From assembly GCA_035315685.1 (NCBI GenBank), contig DATFXR010000157.1, positions 1 through 17,968 on the forward strand: a stretch of DNA of 17,968 nt. The letters run 5' to 3'. Source of the stretch: Vicinamibacterales bacterium (GTDB lineage: Bacteria; Acidobacteriota; Vicinamibacteria; Vicinamibacterales; CAVVIG01). Positions within the stretch are counted from its first letter, which is position 1; the number at the start of each line of letters is the position of its first letter. Made by a program: the position numbers and the translations under genes. This document shows positions 7,575-14,433 of this stretch, one piece after another. Under the pieces are notes generated by a model. That model searched no databases and was not told the DNA's origin. It saw only the letters and a program-made list of their open reading frames with translations.

Positions 7575-7602
7575 GCGTAGCACGAAGGCTTCAGCCGAGC
7601 GA
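7575..7602 (+). repeat. 28-nt intergenic motif GCGTAGCACGAAGGCTTCAGCCGAGCGA (copy 2 of 2)
   Basis: It sits in the 43-nt gap between convergent hrpB (stop 7570) and the membrane protein (stop 7614). Within that gap it is followed by hairpin GAGCG-ACGGC-CGCTC (7598-7612). GCGTAGC (7575-7581) is complementary to GCTACG at 7626-7631, inside the 3' end of the minus-strand CDS. Confidence 0.6.
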
Positions 7603-7613
7603 CGGCCGCTCGC

Positions 7614-8366
7614 CTAAAGGCGTCGCGCTACGTCAGGAGCATCGAGCGCTCCAAGCAGCGGCTGACCGGCGCGGGCAGCGTAGAAACCGAACGCGGCCGA
7701 GGCCAGGACGAGCGCGATCGAGAGATTGCCGGGCAGGGCCGCCCAGCTCGCGGCATGCGGCAGGATCGGTGCGACCGTCACGATGTTGTCCACGATGAGC
7801 ATCACCGCCGTCACCAGCAGGCCGAACCTGAAGATCGCCAGGGTGATGATGCCGATCGCCGTGAGCTGGCCGACCACGTAGAGCGACAACTCCTGACCGA
7901 ACGGGATGTTGCTCGTCACCGCAGCGGTGACGACGGTCATCCCGACCGCGACCGCGATCCACGTCCGCCTCACGATCAGGCGCAGGCCGACGAAGGTCAT
8001 CGTGATGAGCAGCGCGGTCTGAACGCTGCTGTAGAACTGGCCGGCCCAGGCCAGGATGAGCGAACCTGCGCCGCTCAGCACGCGCACGTCGCCATCCAGA
8101 AACGGCAGCGCGGGCGCGCGTCCGATCTGGTACGGCATCGCACCGCGGAACCCGTCGTTGACGATCAGCGCGGCTCCGAGCGCGACGCCGATCAGGATCT
8201 CGCGGCCGATTCGCGGGTCGCGGACGTGTCCGGCAAACAGCCGCGTCCATCCGAGCAGGCCGTCGGGCCAGAACCGCCGGCCATATGGCTCGAGCGCGAC
8301 GTAGAGCACCCACAACAGCGCGACTTGAAACAGCATGTTGCCGCAGACGCGGAAGAAGCTGTTCAC
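7614..8366 (-). CDS. polytopic membrane protein, stand-alone paralog of the C-terminal transmembrane domain of the upstream Ser/Thr kinase
   Basis: 250 aa from GTG 8366 (ATG alternative at 8336), hydrophobic throughout. It aligns clearly to kinase residues ~640-882: LYVALEPYGRRFWPDGLLGWTRLFAGHVRDPRIGREILIGVALG vs IYAALEPYGRRFWPEMLLGWSRLLSGRIRDPRVGRDVLLGVTFG, and C-termini FGFYAARAGQPLLG vs FGFYASRAGEPLFG. The frame upstream of 8366 hits a stop at 8424 and shows no kinase homology, so this is a separate gene, not a frameshifted continuation. Confidence 0.75.
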   Translation of the reverse strand: MNSFFRVCGNMLFQVALLWVLYVALEPYGRRFWPDGLLGWTRLFAGHVRDPRIGREILIGVALGAALIVNDGFRGAMPYQIGRAPALPFLDGDVRVLSGAGSLILAWAGQFYSSVQTALLITMTFVGLRLIVRRTWIAVAVGMTVVTAAVTSNIPFGQELSLYVVGQLTAIGIITLAIFRFGLLVTAVMLIVDNIVTVAPILPHAASWAALPGNLSIALVLASAAFGFYAARAGQPLLGALDAPDVARRL

Positions 8367-8475
8367 CTCGGCCGCCGGGCGCGGGCGTGACGGCCGGCGG
8401 CCCGACCGTGACGTCGAATTCGGTCACGACATCTACCTCGGCCCCCTGACGCTCGGCTACAGCCTTCGCGCTCCG

Positions 8476-11091
8476 TTATGGCGGCGCGAATTTGCCGAAC
8501 AGCGGCTCGCCGGCGCGTGAGGCGTAGAAGCCGAACATGGCCAGCAGGACGATGGCGGCAATGGTCCAGTTCGACGCCGTCGCCGACCAGTGAGACACCT
8601 GCAGCGTGAACGGGACCGCCTGGCACAGACCGACCACGATCCTCGCAACCGCCGCTGCCAGCAATCCGAACCGTATCAGCACGAACGTGAATGCCGCGGC
8701 GATGATCAGCTCATAGGTCACCTCAACGGGCAGCGCTGCAGTGAAGGTCAATGTCGACCACCAATAAATGATGATCACCATCGCGATCGGGACTGCCAGC
8801 GACGCACGGCGCGTGAGCAGACGGAGCACGACCAGCAGCAGCACGCTACCCAGCGCGACCTGCAGCTCGCGCAGGATGATGGTCGCCCAGTCGGAGATCG
8901 TCTCTGCCGCGCCGAAGAGAGTGGTCGCGTCACTGCCCATCCGCGGCACCGTGCCCGGGTACCCGAGCGCCTGCGGCAGCAGCCGGCGCGCGATCTCCAG
9001 GCCAAACCAGACGACGCCGAACGTCACGCCGAGCAGCACGTCGCGGCCGACGCGCGGGTCGCGGATGCGCCCGGACAACAGTCGGCTCCAGCCCAGCAGC
9101 ATCTCCGGCCAGAATCGACGGCCGTACGGCTCGAGCGCCGCGTAGATCGTCCACAGAATCACGCCGAGCGCCACGGCATCGCTGAGGACCGCGCTCAGCG
9201 ACAATGCCTCCAGCCGCAAGTCGGGCAGGTGATGGTTGCCGGTCACCCACGACACCAGCTCCGTGCAGACGGCGAAGATGGCGACGCGCATCGCGCCGCG
9301 CCGGTCGGCACGGCCGTGCCGCACGTTGTAGCGTGCCAGCACGACGGCGCCGCCGAGCAGCGCGACGAGTACGGTCAGGAACACCGCATACCCGATCCGG
9401 TCTTCGAGTGCCCGCTGCACGGCCTGCATCCGCGTCGGCACGGTCCACGGACCGATCAGCAGGAACGACACGGCGCGGCCGCGATACGCCGCGGCCTCGA
9501 CCCGCACCCGCAAGTCGGCGCGGCCCGGCAGCGCGCCTTCCCACGCCCCGCGCGCGTCGGCGTAGTCGCGCGGCGTCCACTGGGTCTCGACCGCCGTGAA
9601 GTCGCGCATCGGCAGATCCGCGAGCTCGAACAGTTGCGGCCACGGCGGCGGTATCGCCGCCGCGGCTCCGCCGTCTTCGAACTGGCGAGGCACCGACGTG
9701 AACCCGATCAGCCGCCCGTGCATGTCAATCGTCACGGTATGCATGTCGGTGTCCGCCTGCGGCGGATCGAGCGGCGTCACGTGCAGCGCAAGCTGTCGCG
9801 GCGCGAGCGTGTGTGGGCTGGTGCGATACCAGAAGATGAATCCCGGCGGCCGATCGCGCCCGAGCACGTCCCAGCGGTTCGGGCTCAGATCCGTTCTCGC
9901 GATCCACACGATGTACGGCGCATACGGCCCGAGGCCGTGCGCCGTATCGCCGCGCGGCTCGTTGTAGCCGAGCGCGCTGAGGATCTGCTCGGCCCGATCG
10001 TCGAGGACCGCGGGCGGCTTGTCGAGCGGCAGCAGCCGCGACAGCGTCGTCCGCGTCGCGAATCCGGCGCAGAGCAGCATCGCGATCGTCACGAAGAGGA
10101 GCGCCGACAATCCCTTCGTGACTGGCCACGCATCGGTCTCGCCGGCCGCGGCCACCATGTCGGGCGACGGCGTTTCGCCGGCGGCCAGCGCCGCGGCGAG
10201 TGGATCGCCACCGGGCAGCGCGGCCGCGACCGTCAGTACCGACGCCGGCCGCTCGTCCGGATCGCGCGCGAGGCAGCGGAGGATGACGCGCTCCACCGCC
10301 GGATCGAGATCGCGCACGATCGCCGACGGCGTCGTGATGGTGCCGGTGTCATGCAGCTGTCTCAATTCGCCGAGGGTCTTCGCGTCGTAGGTCCGGCGGC
10401 CGGTGACGATCTCGAACAGAATCAACCCGAGCGCGTAGAGGTCGCTCTTGATCGACGCCGGTTTGCCGGCGAGCAGCTCCGGCGCCATGTACTGCGGCGT
10501 GCCTGCAACGTCGACGCCGATGTCGTTCGCCGCCGTCGCGATGCCGAAATCGGTGATGCGGACGTTGCCGTCGCCGTCGATCATCACGTTCGCCGGTTTG
10601 AGATCGCGATGGATGACGCCGCGTTCGTGCGCCGCGGCGATCCCGGCGCAGAGTTGCCGCGCGACGTCGATCGCCTTGTCCTGGGGGAAGCGGCCGATGC
10701 GGCGGAGCAGCGACGCGAGATCTTCGCCGTCCACGTATTCCATCGTCAGGAACCGCCGCCCGTCGGCGTCGCCGAGGTCGTAGAGACGGCAGACGTTCTT
10801 GTGCGACACTTGGCGCGCGATGCGCAGCTCGTTGTGGAACTGCGCGAGCCGCACGGGATCAGCGGCGACACCTTCGGGGAGGAACTTGAGCGCGACCGGC
10901 TGGTCGAGGGTGAGGTCGTCGGCGCGGTAGACCTCGCCCATGCCGCCGCGGCCGAGGAGCGCGACAAGGCGATAGCGCGCGGCGATAATCGATCCCGGGG
11001 CGAACCGGCTCGTTTTTGGCGGCGGTGCCTGCGGCGCCGTCCGCACCATTGACGGCTCGAGCGTGAGATCGTCCTCAGGGGACCGCGGCAT
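8476..11091 (-). CDS. Hanks-type serine/threonine protein kinase fused to a periplasmic segment and a large C-terminal multi-TM domain
   Basis: The kinase subdomains are readable: LGRGGMGEVY (Gly loop), ALK, HRDLKPANV (catalytic loop), DFG, APE. A TM helix (LSALLFVTIAMLLCAGFA) follows, then a ~230-aa non-hydrophobic segment, then ~7 predicted TM helices. The start is uncertain, with no obvious SD at GTG 11124 (longest), ATG 11091 or ATG 11049. The stop at 8476 is firm. Confidence 0.88.
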   Translation of the reverse strand: MPRSPEDDLTLEPSMVRTAPQAPPPKTSRFAPGSIIAARYRLVALLGRGGMGEVYRADDLTLDQPVALKFLPEGVAADPVRLAQFHNELRIARQVSHKNVCRLYDLGDADGRRFLTMEYVDGEDLASLLRRIGRFPQDKAIDVARQLCAGIAAAHERGVIHRDLKPANVMIDGDGNVRITDFGIATAANDIGVDVAGTPQYMAPELLAGKPASIKSDLYALGLILFEIVTGRRTYDAKTLGELRQLHDTGTITTPSAIVRDLDPAVERVILRCLARDPDERPASVLTVAAALPGGDPLAAALAAGETPSPDMVAAAGETDAWPVTKGLSALLFVTIAMLLCAGFATRTTLSRLLPLDKPPAVLDDRAEQILSALGYNEPRGDTAHGLGPYAPYIVWIARTDLSPNRWDVLGRDRPPGFIFWYRTSPHTLAPRQLALHVTPLDPPQADTDMHTVTIDMHGRLIGFTSVPRQFEDGGAAAAIPPPWPQLFELADLPMRDFTAVETQWTPRDYADARGAWEGALPGRADLRVRVEAAAYRGRAVSFLLIGPWTVPTRMQAVQRALEDRIGYAVFLTVLVALLGGAVVLARYNVRHGRADRRGAMRVAIFAVCTELVSWVTGNHHLPDLRLEALSLSAVLSDAVALGVILWTIYAALEPYGRRFWPEMLLGWSRLLSGRIRDPRVGRDVLLGVTFGVVWFGLEIARRLLPQALGYPGTVPRMGSDATTLFGAAETISDWATIILRELQVALGSVLLLVVLRLLTRRASLAVPIAMVIIIYWWSTLTFTAALPVEVTYELIIAAAFTFVLIRFGLLAAAVARIVVGLCQAVPFTLQVSHWSATASNWTIAAIVLLAMFGFYASRAGEPLFGKFAPP

Positions 11092-11117
11092 GCGACGAAT
11101 TCTACTGGAGGAGAGAA

Positions 11118-11762
11118 ATGACACGGACAGTCATGGCAACATGCGGCGCGGCGCTGTTGCTGAGTGCAGCGCTCATCGCGCAGGGCGGCCGACCGGCGAG
11201 TCCCGCCGGGTCGTCAGCCACGCAGGTCGGCGGCAAGTACGACACCAGCGGCGCCGAACCTGTCTACAGGGGCGGCAAATGGATTGAAATCACCTACGGC
11301 CGTCCGATCAAGCGCGGCCGCGACATCTTCGGTGGCACTGGCGACAACTACGGCAAGACGGCCAATCCTGACGCACCGGTCTGGCGAGCGGGCGCGAACG
11401 TGTCGACCCAGCTCAAGACCGAAGTGCCGCTGGTGATCAACGGCAAGACGGTCGCGCCCGGTACCTACACGATGTTCATCGATCTCAAGCCGAGCAACTG
11501 GACGCTGATCATCTCCAACTGGAAGGCGGCCACGACGTTCAATCAGAACAACGACGCCAGCAAGACCGGCGAAGTCTTCGGCGCCTACGGCTATTCGCCG
11601 GAAAAGGACGTGGTCCGCGCCGTGATGAAGACGTCGACGCTGCCGTTCTCGGTCGATCAGCTCACGTGGAACTTCACGGACATGAGCGATGCCGGCGGCA
11701 ACATCACGATCATGTGGGACAAGATGACCGCCTCCGTACCGTTCCGCGTCGGCGGCTCGTAG
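11118..11762 (+). CDS. DUF2911-like secreted protein
   Basis: ATG 11118 is preceded by GGAGGAG (11105-11111). The N-terminal signal-like segment is MTRTVMATCGAALLLSAALIAQG. Motifs WRAGANVST, GKTVAPGTYTMF, WTLIISNW and GAYGYSPEKDVVRA match my recollection of the DUF2911 family. Confidence 0.7.
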   Translation: MTRTVMATCGAALLLSAALIAQGGRPASPAGSSATQVGGKYDTSGAEPVYRGGKWIEITYGRPIKRGRDIFGGTGDNYGKTANPDAPVWRAGANVSTQLKTEVPLVINGKTVAPGTYTMFIDLKPSNWTLIISNWKAATTFNQNNDASKTGEVFGAYGYSPEKDVVRAVMKTSTLPFSVDQLTWNFTDMSDAGGNITIMWDKMTASVPFRVGGS

Positions 11763-11815
11763 AACCGATGGGACTGATGGGCCCATAGGGTGGCTGGGGC
11801 TCGCCGAACCTTTCG

Positions 11816-11902
11816 ATGGTTCGAGACTTCACGCACATTCTGCGGCTGTTACGGCGCGCGCCAGGGTTCAGCGCCGTGGCCGTCATCGTTCTCGCGCTCG
11901 GT
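11816..11902 (+). pseudogene. remnant encoding only the N-terminal 29 aa of an ADOP-type (Acidobacterial duplicated orphan permease; FtsX/MacB-like) ABC permease
   Basis: The translation MVRDFTHILRLLRRAPGFSAVAVIVLALG matches the highly stereotyped ADOP N-terminus (..DLRYALRxLRKxPGFTAVAVLTLALGIGANTA..). Homology stops exactly where the heptamer repeat GATGGCT GATGGCT... begins at 11903. The frame then continues as repeat-derived junk to 12079. Confidence 0.55.
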
Positions 11903-11903
11903 C

Positions 11904-11940
11904 GATGGCTGATGGCTGATGGCATATGGTTAATGGTCAT
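11904..11940. repeat. tandem heptamer array GATGGCT GATGGCT GATGGCA TATGGTT AATGGTC, separating the ADOP remnant from the CRTAC1 fragment
   Basis: It shares an identical 19-mer ATGGCTGATGGCTGATGGC with the left arm of the element at 16280-16380. It contains the TAA (11931-11933) that closes the upstream side of the CRTAC1 reading frame. A degenerate ATGG-rich stretch (GATGGGACTGATGGGCCCATAGGGTGGCTGGGGC, 11767-11800) lies upstream of the ADOP remnant. Confidence 0.75.
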
Positions 11941-12071
11941 TCGTCGCCAACCAGAACGGCGACACCAACGGTCTGTTCCGGAACGACGGTGGCCATTTCG
12001 TCGACGTCGCGGGCGAGTGGGGTGTCGAGGCGCCGAGGCACTCGGCCGAGTTCGGCGGCGTCGGCCCCGCG

Positions 12072-12794
12072 GTGGCTGACTTCGATGGTGACGGCCTCCT
12101 CGATCTGTTCGTCGCCAACTATGGGCCGAGCGCGATGTACCGGAACGACCACGGCCGCCGGTTCGTCGACGTGACCCGTGACGTCGGCCTCTTCTTCGAG
12201 CAGCACGCGACCACGCCGTCATGGGGCGACTACGACAACGACGGCCGGCCGGACCTCTACGTGGCCGGCTTTCTGGTCAACGTCACGCACTATCCCGATC
12301 ATCTGTTCCACAACCTGCGCGCGGCGGGAGGTGGCGCCCGGTTCGAGGACGTGCTGCCGAAGCTCGTCGATCAGCACGACGGCAGTCACGGTGTGCAGTG
12401 GGTGGATTTCGACGGGGATGGCGCGCTCGACCTGGCGCTGACCAACAACGATCCGGCCGGCGGCCACTATCTGTTCAGGAATCTGCTTCCGGCGGCGCGC
12501 GCACGCCAGTCCCTCGCTGTCGACGTCGTCGACGGCCACGGCCACCACACGAAGGCGGGTGCCGAAGTACGTGTCTACGCGGCCGGCACACGCCGGCAGA
12601 TCTCGTCCGGTCTCGTTGACACCGGCGGCGGCTACTGCTCGCAGAACGTGATGCCGGTCCACGTCGCGACGGCCGATGCCGCGCGCGTGGACGTCGAGGT
12701 GACGTCGATGAGCGGGAGGGGACGTCGGACAACGCGCGTCGCCGGCGTCACCGTCGGCCAGGCGTCGCGCCCGCTCGTCGTGAAGGTGCCGTGA
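12072..12794 (+). CDS. CRTAC1-family (FG-GAP/VCBS repeats + ASPIC/UnbV domain) protein, C-terminal fragment; probably a 5'-truncated remnant
   Basis: From GTG 12072 it encodes DFDGDGLLDLFVANYG...RFVDVT, DYDNDGRPDLYVAG, VDFDGDGALDLALTNN (FG-GAP/VCBS units), then the UnbV/ASPIC-like C-terminus (VRVYAAG....SGLVDTGGGYCSQN). The same frame is open back to 11934 and still encodes a repeat unit (FVANQNGDTNGLFRNDGGHFVDVAGEWGV) with no start codon. There is no signal peptide. Full-length family members are typically much longer than this 240-aa fragment. Confidence 0.6.
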   Translation: MADFDGDGLLDLFVANYGPSAMYRNDHGRRFVDVTRDVGLFFEQHATTPSWGDYDNDGRPDLYVAGFLVNVTHYPDHLFHNLRAAGGGARFEDVLPKLVDQHDGSHGVQWVDFDGDGALDLALTNNDPAGGHYLFRNLLPAARARQSLAVDVVDGHGHHTKAGAEVRVYAAGTRRQISSGLVDTGGGYCSQNVMPVHVATADAARVDVEVTSMSGRGRRTTRVAGVTVGQASRPLVVKVP

Positions 12795-12859
12795 CTGGGG
12801 ACCGGGGACTGGGGCTGGGGCTGGGGCTGGGGTTGGGAGCTGGAGGCTGGGACTAGCTG
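12795..12859. repeat. G-rich tandem array CTGGGGA CCGGGGA (CTGGGG)x4 TTGGGAG CTGGAGG CTGGGAC; left arm of an imperfect inverted pair whose right arm is 12957-12986
   Basis: It starts at the base after the CRTAC1 stop. GGAGCTGGAGGCTGGGAC (12834-12851) is approximately complementary to GGCCCCCAGCTTCCAGCGC (12957-12975). Confidence 0.6.
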
Positions 12860-12870
12860 TCGTTACACCG

Positions 12871-12893
12871 GTAGTGTCCGGCTTGAGCCGGAC
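12871..12893 (+). other. second copy of hairpin motif GTAGTGTCCGGCTT-GAG-CCGGAC (perfect 8-bp stem GTCCGGCT/AGCCGGAC)
   Basis: 21 of 23 nt identical to 4312-4334 (GTAGTGTCCGGCTTCACCCGGAC). It lies in the spacer between the CTGGGG/CCCCAG arms. Confidence 0.5.
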
Positions 12894-12913
12894 GGTCGGC
12901 GAAGCTGCGGTTC

Positions 12914-12953
12914 GAAAATCCCGCGGTCTCTGCGTGTTTCCGCGGTTTGCGTT
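12914..12953. terminator. candidate bidirectional intrinsic terminator: GAAAATC - CCGCGG-N13-CCGCGG - TTTGCGTT between convergent genes
   Basis: A 6-bp GC stem (CCGCGG 12921-12926 / 12940-12945) is flanked by an A-run upstream and a T-run downstream. A U-rich tail therefore follows the hairpin on either transcript (UUUGCGUU on +, GAUUUUC on -). Confidence 0.4.
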
Positions 12954-12956
12954 CCC

Positions 12957-12986
12957 GGCCCCCAGCTTCCAGCGCCCAGCCCCGCG
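12957..12986. repeat. C-rich right arm GGCCCCCAGCTTCCAGCGCCCAGCCCCGCG, complementary to the CTGGGG array
   Basis: Reverse complement CGCGGGGCTGGGCGCTGGAAGCTGGGGGCC resembles GGGGCTGGGG...GGAGCTGGAGGCTGGG in the left arm. It ends 4 nt before the stop of the sigma-54 activator CDS (12991). Confidence 0.5.
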
Positions 12987-12990
12987 CCGA

Positions 12991-14319
12991 TCACCCGCGA
13001 TACCCCAATCTTCGCTTCATCGCGCGGACGGTGCCCCCGGGATCTCTCGACGCGCCGCGGCCGACGGTACCGAGCAGCCTTGCTGCCTGCGCGGCGTTGC
13101 CGCCGCTCTCCTCGAGCGCCACCGCCAGCGCGTCCCGCTCGAGCGCGCGCACTTCATCGCGGAGGTTGAGCCGTCCCGCCCGGAGCCGCTGCCGCAGCCG
13201 CGCCTGATCGACGACATAATCGCCGTGCCGCGACGTTCGCAGGATTCGCACCGGCAGATCCGACGGCAGCAGCTCGCGCCCCGCGCGCTTGTACACCATC
13301 GTCTCGAACATCACGTTGCGGAGCTCGCGGATGTTTCCGGGCCACGGATAGGCGGCCAGTGCGCGCAGTGCATCGGCGCGGATGGTCTCGACCGCCGGAC
13401 GCTGATGCTCCTGCGCAAATCGATCGAGAAAGTGCTGCGCCAGCCTCGGCAGATCCTCGATCCGCTCCCGCAGCGGGGCGAGATGGATGCGGACGATCGC
13501 CAGCCGCTCGTACAGGTCGGCGCCGAACCGCCCCGAGGCGACCAGCGGTTCCAGATCGCGGTTGGTCGCCGCCAGGATCCGGAAATCCACTTCGTGCCAC
13601 GCGTTCTCGCCGAGCCGGCTGACTACGCGATCCTCGAGGACGCGGAGGAGCTTCACCTGGGTTTCGAGCGGTGTGTCGTCGATCTCGTCGAGGAACACGG
13701 AGCCGCCCGCGGCGGCCATCAACTGGCCGTCGTAGGCCTGGACCGCGCCCGAGAACGCGCCGCGCGCATACCCGAACAGCTCCGCCTCCATCAGCTCGTT
13801 CGGAATGGCGGCACAGTTGATTGGCACGAACCGCCGATCGCGCCGCGGCGACCACGCGTGGATCTGGCGCGCGGCGACCTCCTTGCCGGTCCCGGTCTCG
13901 CCGGTCAGCAGCACCGCCATTGCGGTCTGCGCGACGCGGGCGGCCTGACGTAAGACCGCGCGTGACGCCGCGCTCACCTGCACGATGTGATCGGCCGCCG
14001 GAGGAACTGGCTCCGGCGCCAGCATTTCCTCGAGCCTGCTGACAATCGCGTCGGCCGCGTTCGTGCTGCCGAGCGCGACCACGTCGTATGCGCCGCGGAG
14101 CACGGCGTCGGCGGCACGAGCCGGCGGTACCGGCGCGGCCGAAATCCACAGCCACCGCCCGCGCTCCACGGCCGGCGCCGGCACCTTCACGCTGGTTGCC
14201 GTCGCGACCACGAGCGGCAGGTCCTCCGGGTCCTCCCGGTCAACGTGCATGCCGGCGGCGCGCAGGCGCGCCGCGACGTCACCGGACGGCGGTTTTCCAA
14301 CCCAGGCAATGCTGCGCAT
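12991..14319 (-). CDS. sigma-54-dependent transcriptional activator (NtrC/Fis family) with a degenerate receiver-like N-domain
   Basis: AAA+ sigma-54 interaction domain: Walker A GETGTGKE, the GAFTGA-equivalent loop ELFGYARGAFSGA, Walker B FLDEIDD, and the arginine-finger region NIRELRNV. The C-terminal Fis-type HTH is GGNAAQAARLLGTVGRG. The N-terminal ~110 aa lack the DD/D/K phospho-acceptor constellation. Confidence 0.85.
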   Translation of the reverse strand: MRSIAWVGKPPSGDVAARLRAAGMHVDREDPEDLPLVVATATSVKVPAPAVERGRWLWISAAPVPPARAADAVLRGAYDVVALGSTNAADAIVSRLEEMLAPEPVPPAADHIVQVSAASRAVLRQAARVAQTAMAVLLTGETGTGKEVAARQIHAWSPRRDRRFVPINCAAIPNELMEAELFGYARGAFSGAVQAYDGQLMAAAGGSVFLDEIDDTPLETQVKLLRVLEDRVVSRLGENAWHEVDFRILAATNRDLEPLVASGRFGADLYERLAIVRIHLAPLRERIEDLPRLAQHFLDRFAQEHQRPAVETIRADALRALAAYPWPGNIRELRNVMFETMVYKRAGRELLPSDLPVRILRTSRHGDYVVDQARLRQRLRAGRLNLRDEVRALERDALAVALEESGGNAAQAARLLGTVGRGASRDPGGTVRAMKRRLGYRG

Positions 14320-14398
14320 CGCCGGTATTAAAGCACGTCATGGCCGTCAATCAATTACTGATCTCTCACGAACCAGCGCCTAAACACGGCCGAAATGC

Positions 14399-14416
14399 CC
14401 GGCTCGGCAGATGCAC
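14399..14416 (+). promoter_or_regulatory. candidate sigma-54 (-24/-12) promoter cGGCtCG-N4-aTGCA for the flotillin-like gene
   Basis: GG at 14401-14402 and GC at 14413-14414 have the required 10-nt spacing. It matches TGGCACG-N4-TTGCW at about 9 of 12 positions. It lies ~55 nt upstream of ATG 14470 and next to a divergently encoded sigma-54 activator. It is not a perfect match. Confidence 0.3.
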
Positions 14417-14433
14417 CGATACACCGTATCGGT
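14413..14433. promoter_or_regulatory. perfect dyad CACCGATAC-ACC-GTATCGGTG overlapping the candidate -12 element
   Basis: 9-bp inverted repeat arms with a 3-bp spacer, read directly. It is 37 nt upstream of the flotillin-like start. It could be an operator, or a UAS for the adjacent activator. Confidence 0.4.

Noticed and set aside
7633-8427. 264-aa minus ORF overlapping the stand-alone membrane-module gene in another frame
   Set aside because: Arg/Asp-rich, not hydrophobic. The 7614..8366 frame encodes the TM helices homologous to the kinase C-terminus.
8590-11052. 820-aa + strand ORF antisense to the kinase gene
   Set aside because: Its composition is extremely Arg/Asp/His/Gln-rich with no motifs or hydrophobic core. 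It is a typical shadow ORF in a 68% GC genome, and the opposite-strand kinase reading frame has unambiguous catalytic motifs.
12874-14155. ORFs 12874..13953 (+) and 13154..14155 (-) overlapping the sigma-54 activator
   Set aside because: Shadow frames. Only the 12991..14319 minus frame encodes Walker A/B, the GAFTGA-like loop and an HTH.
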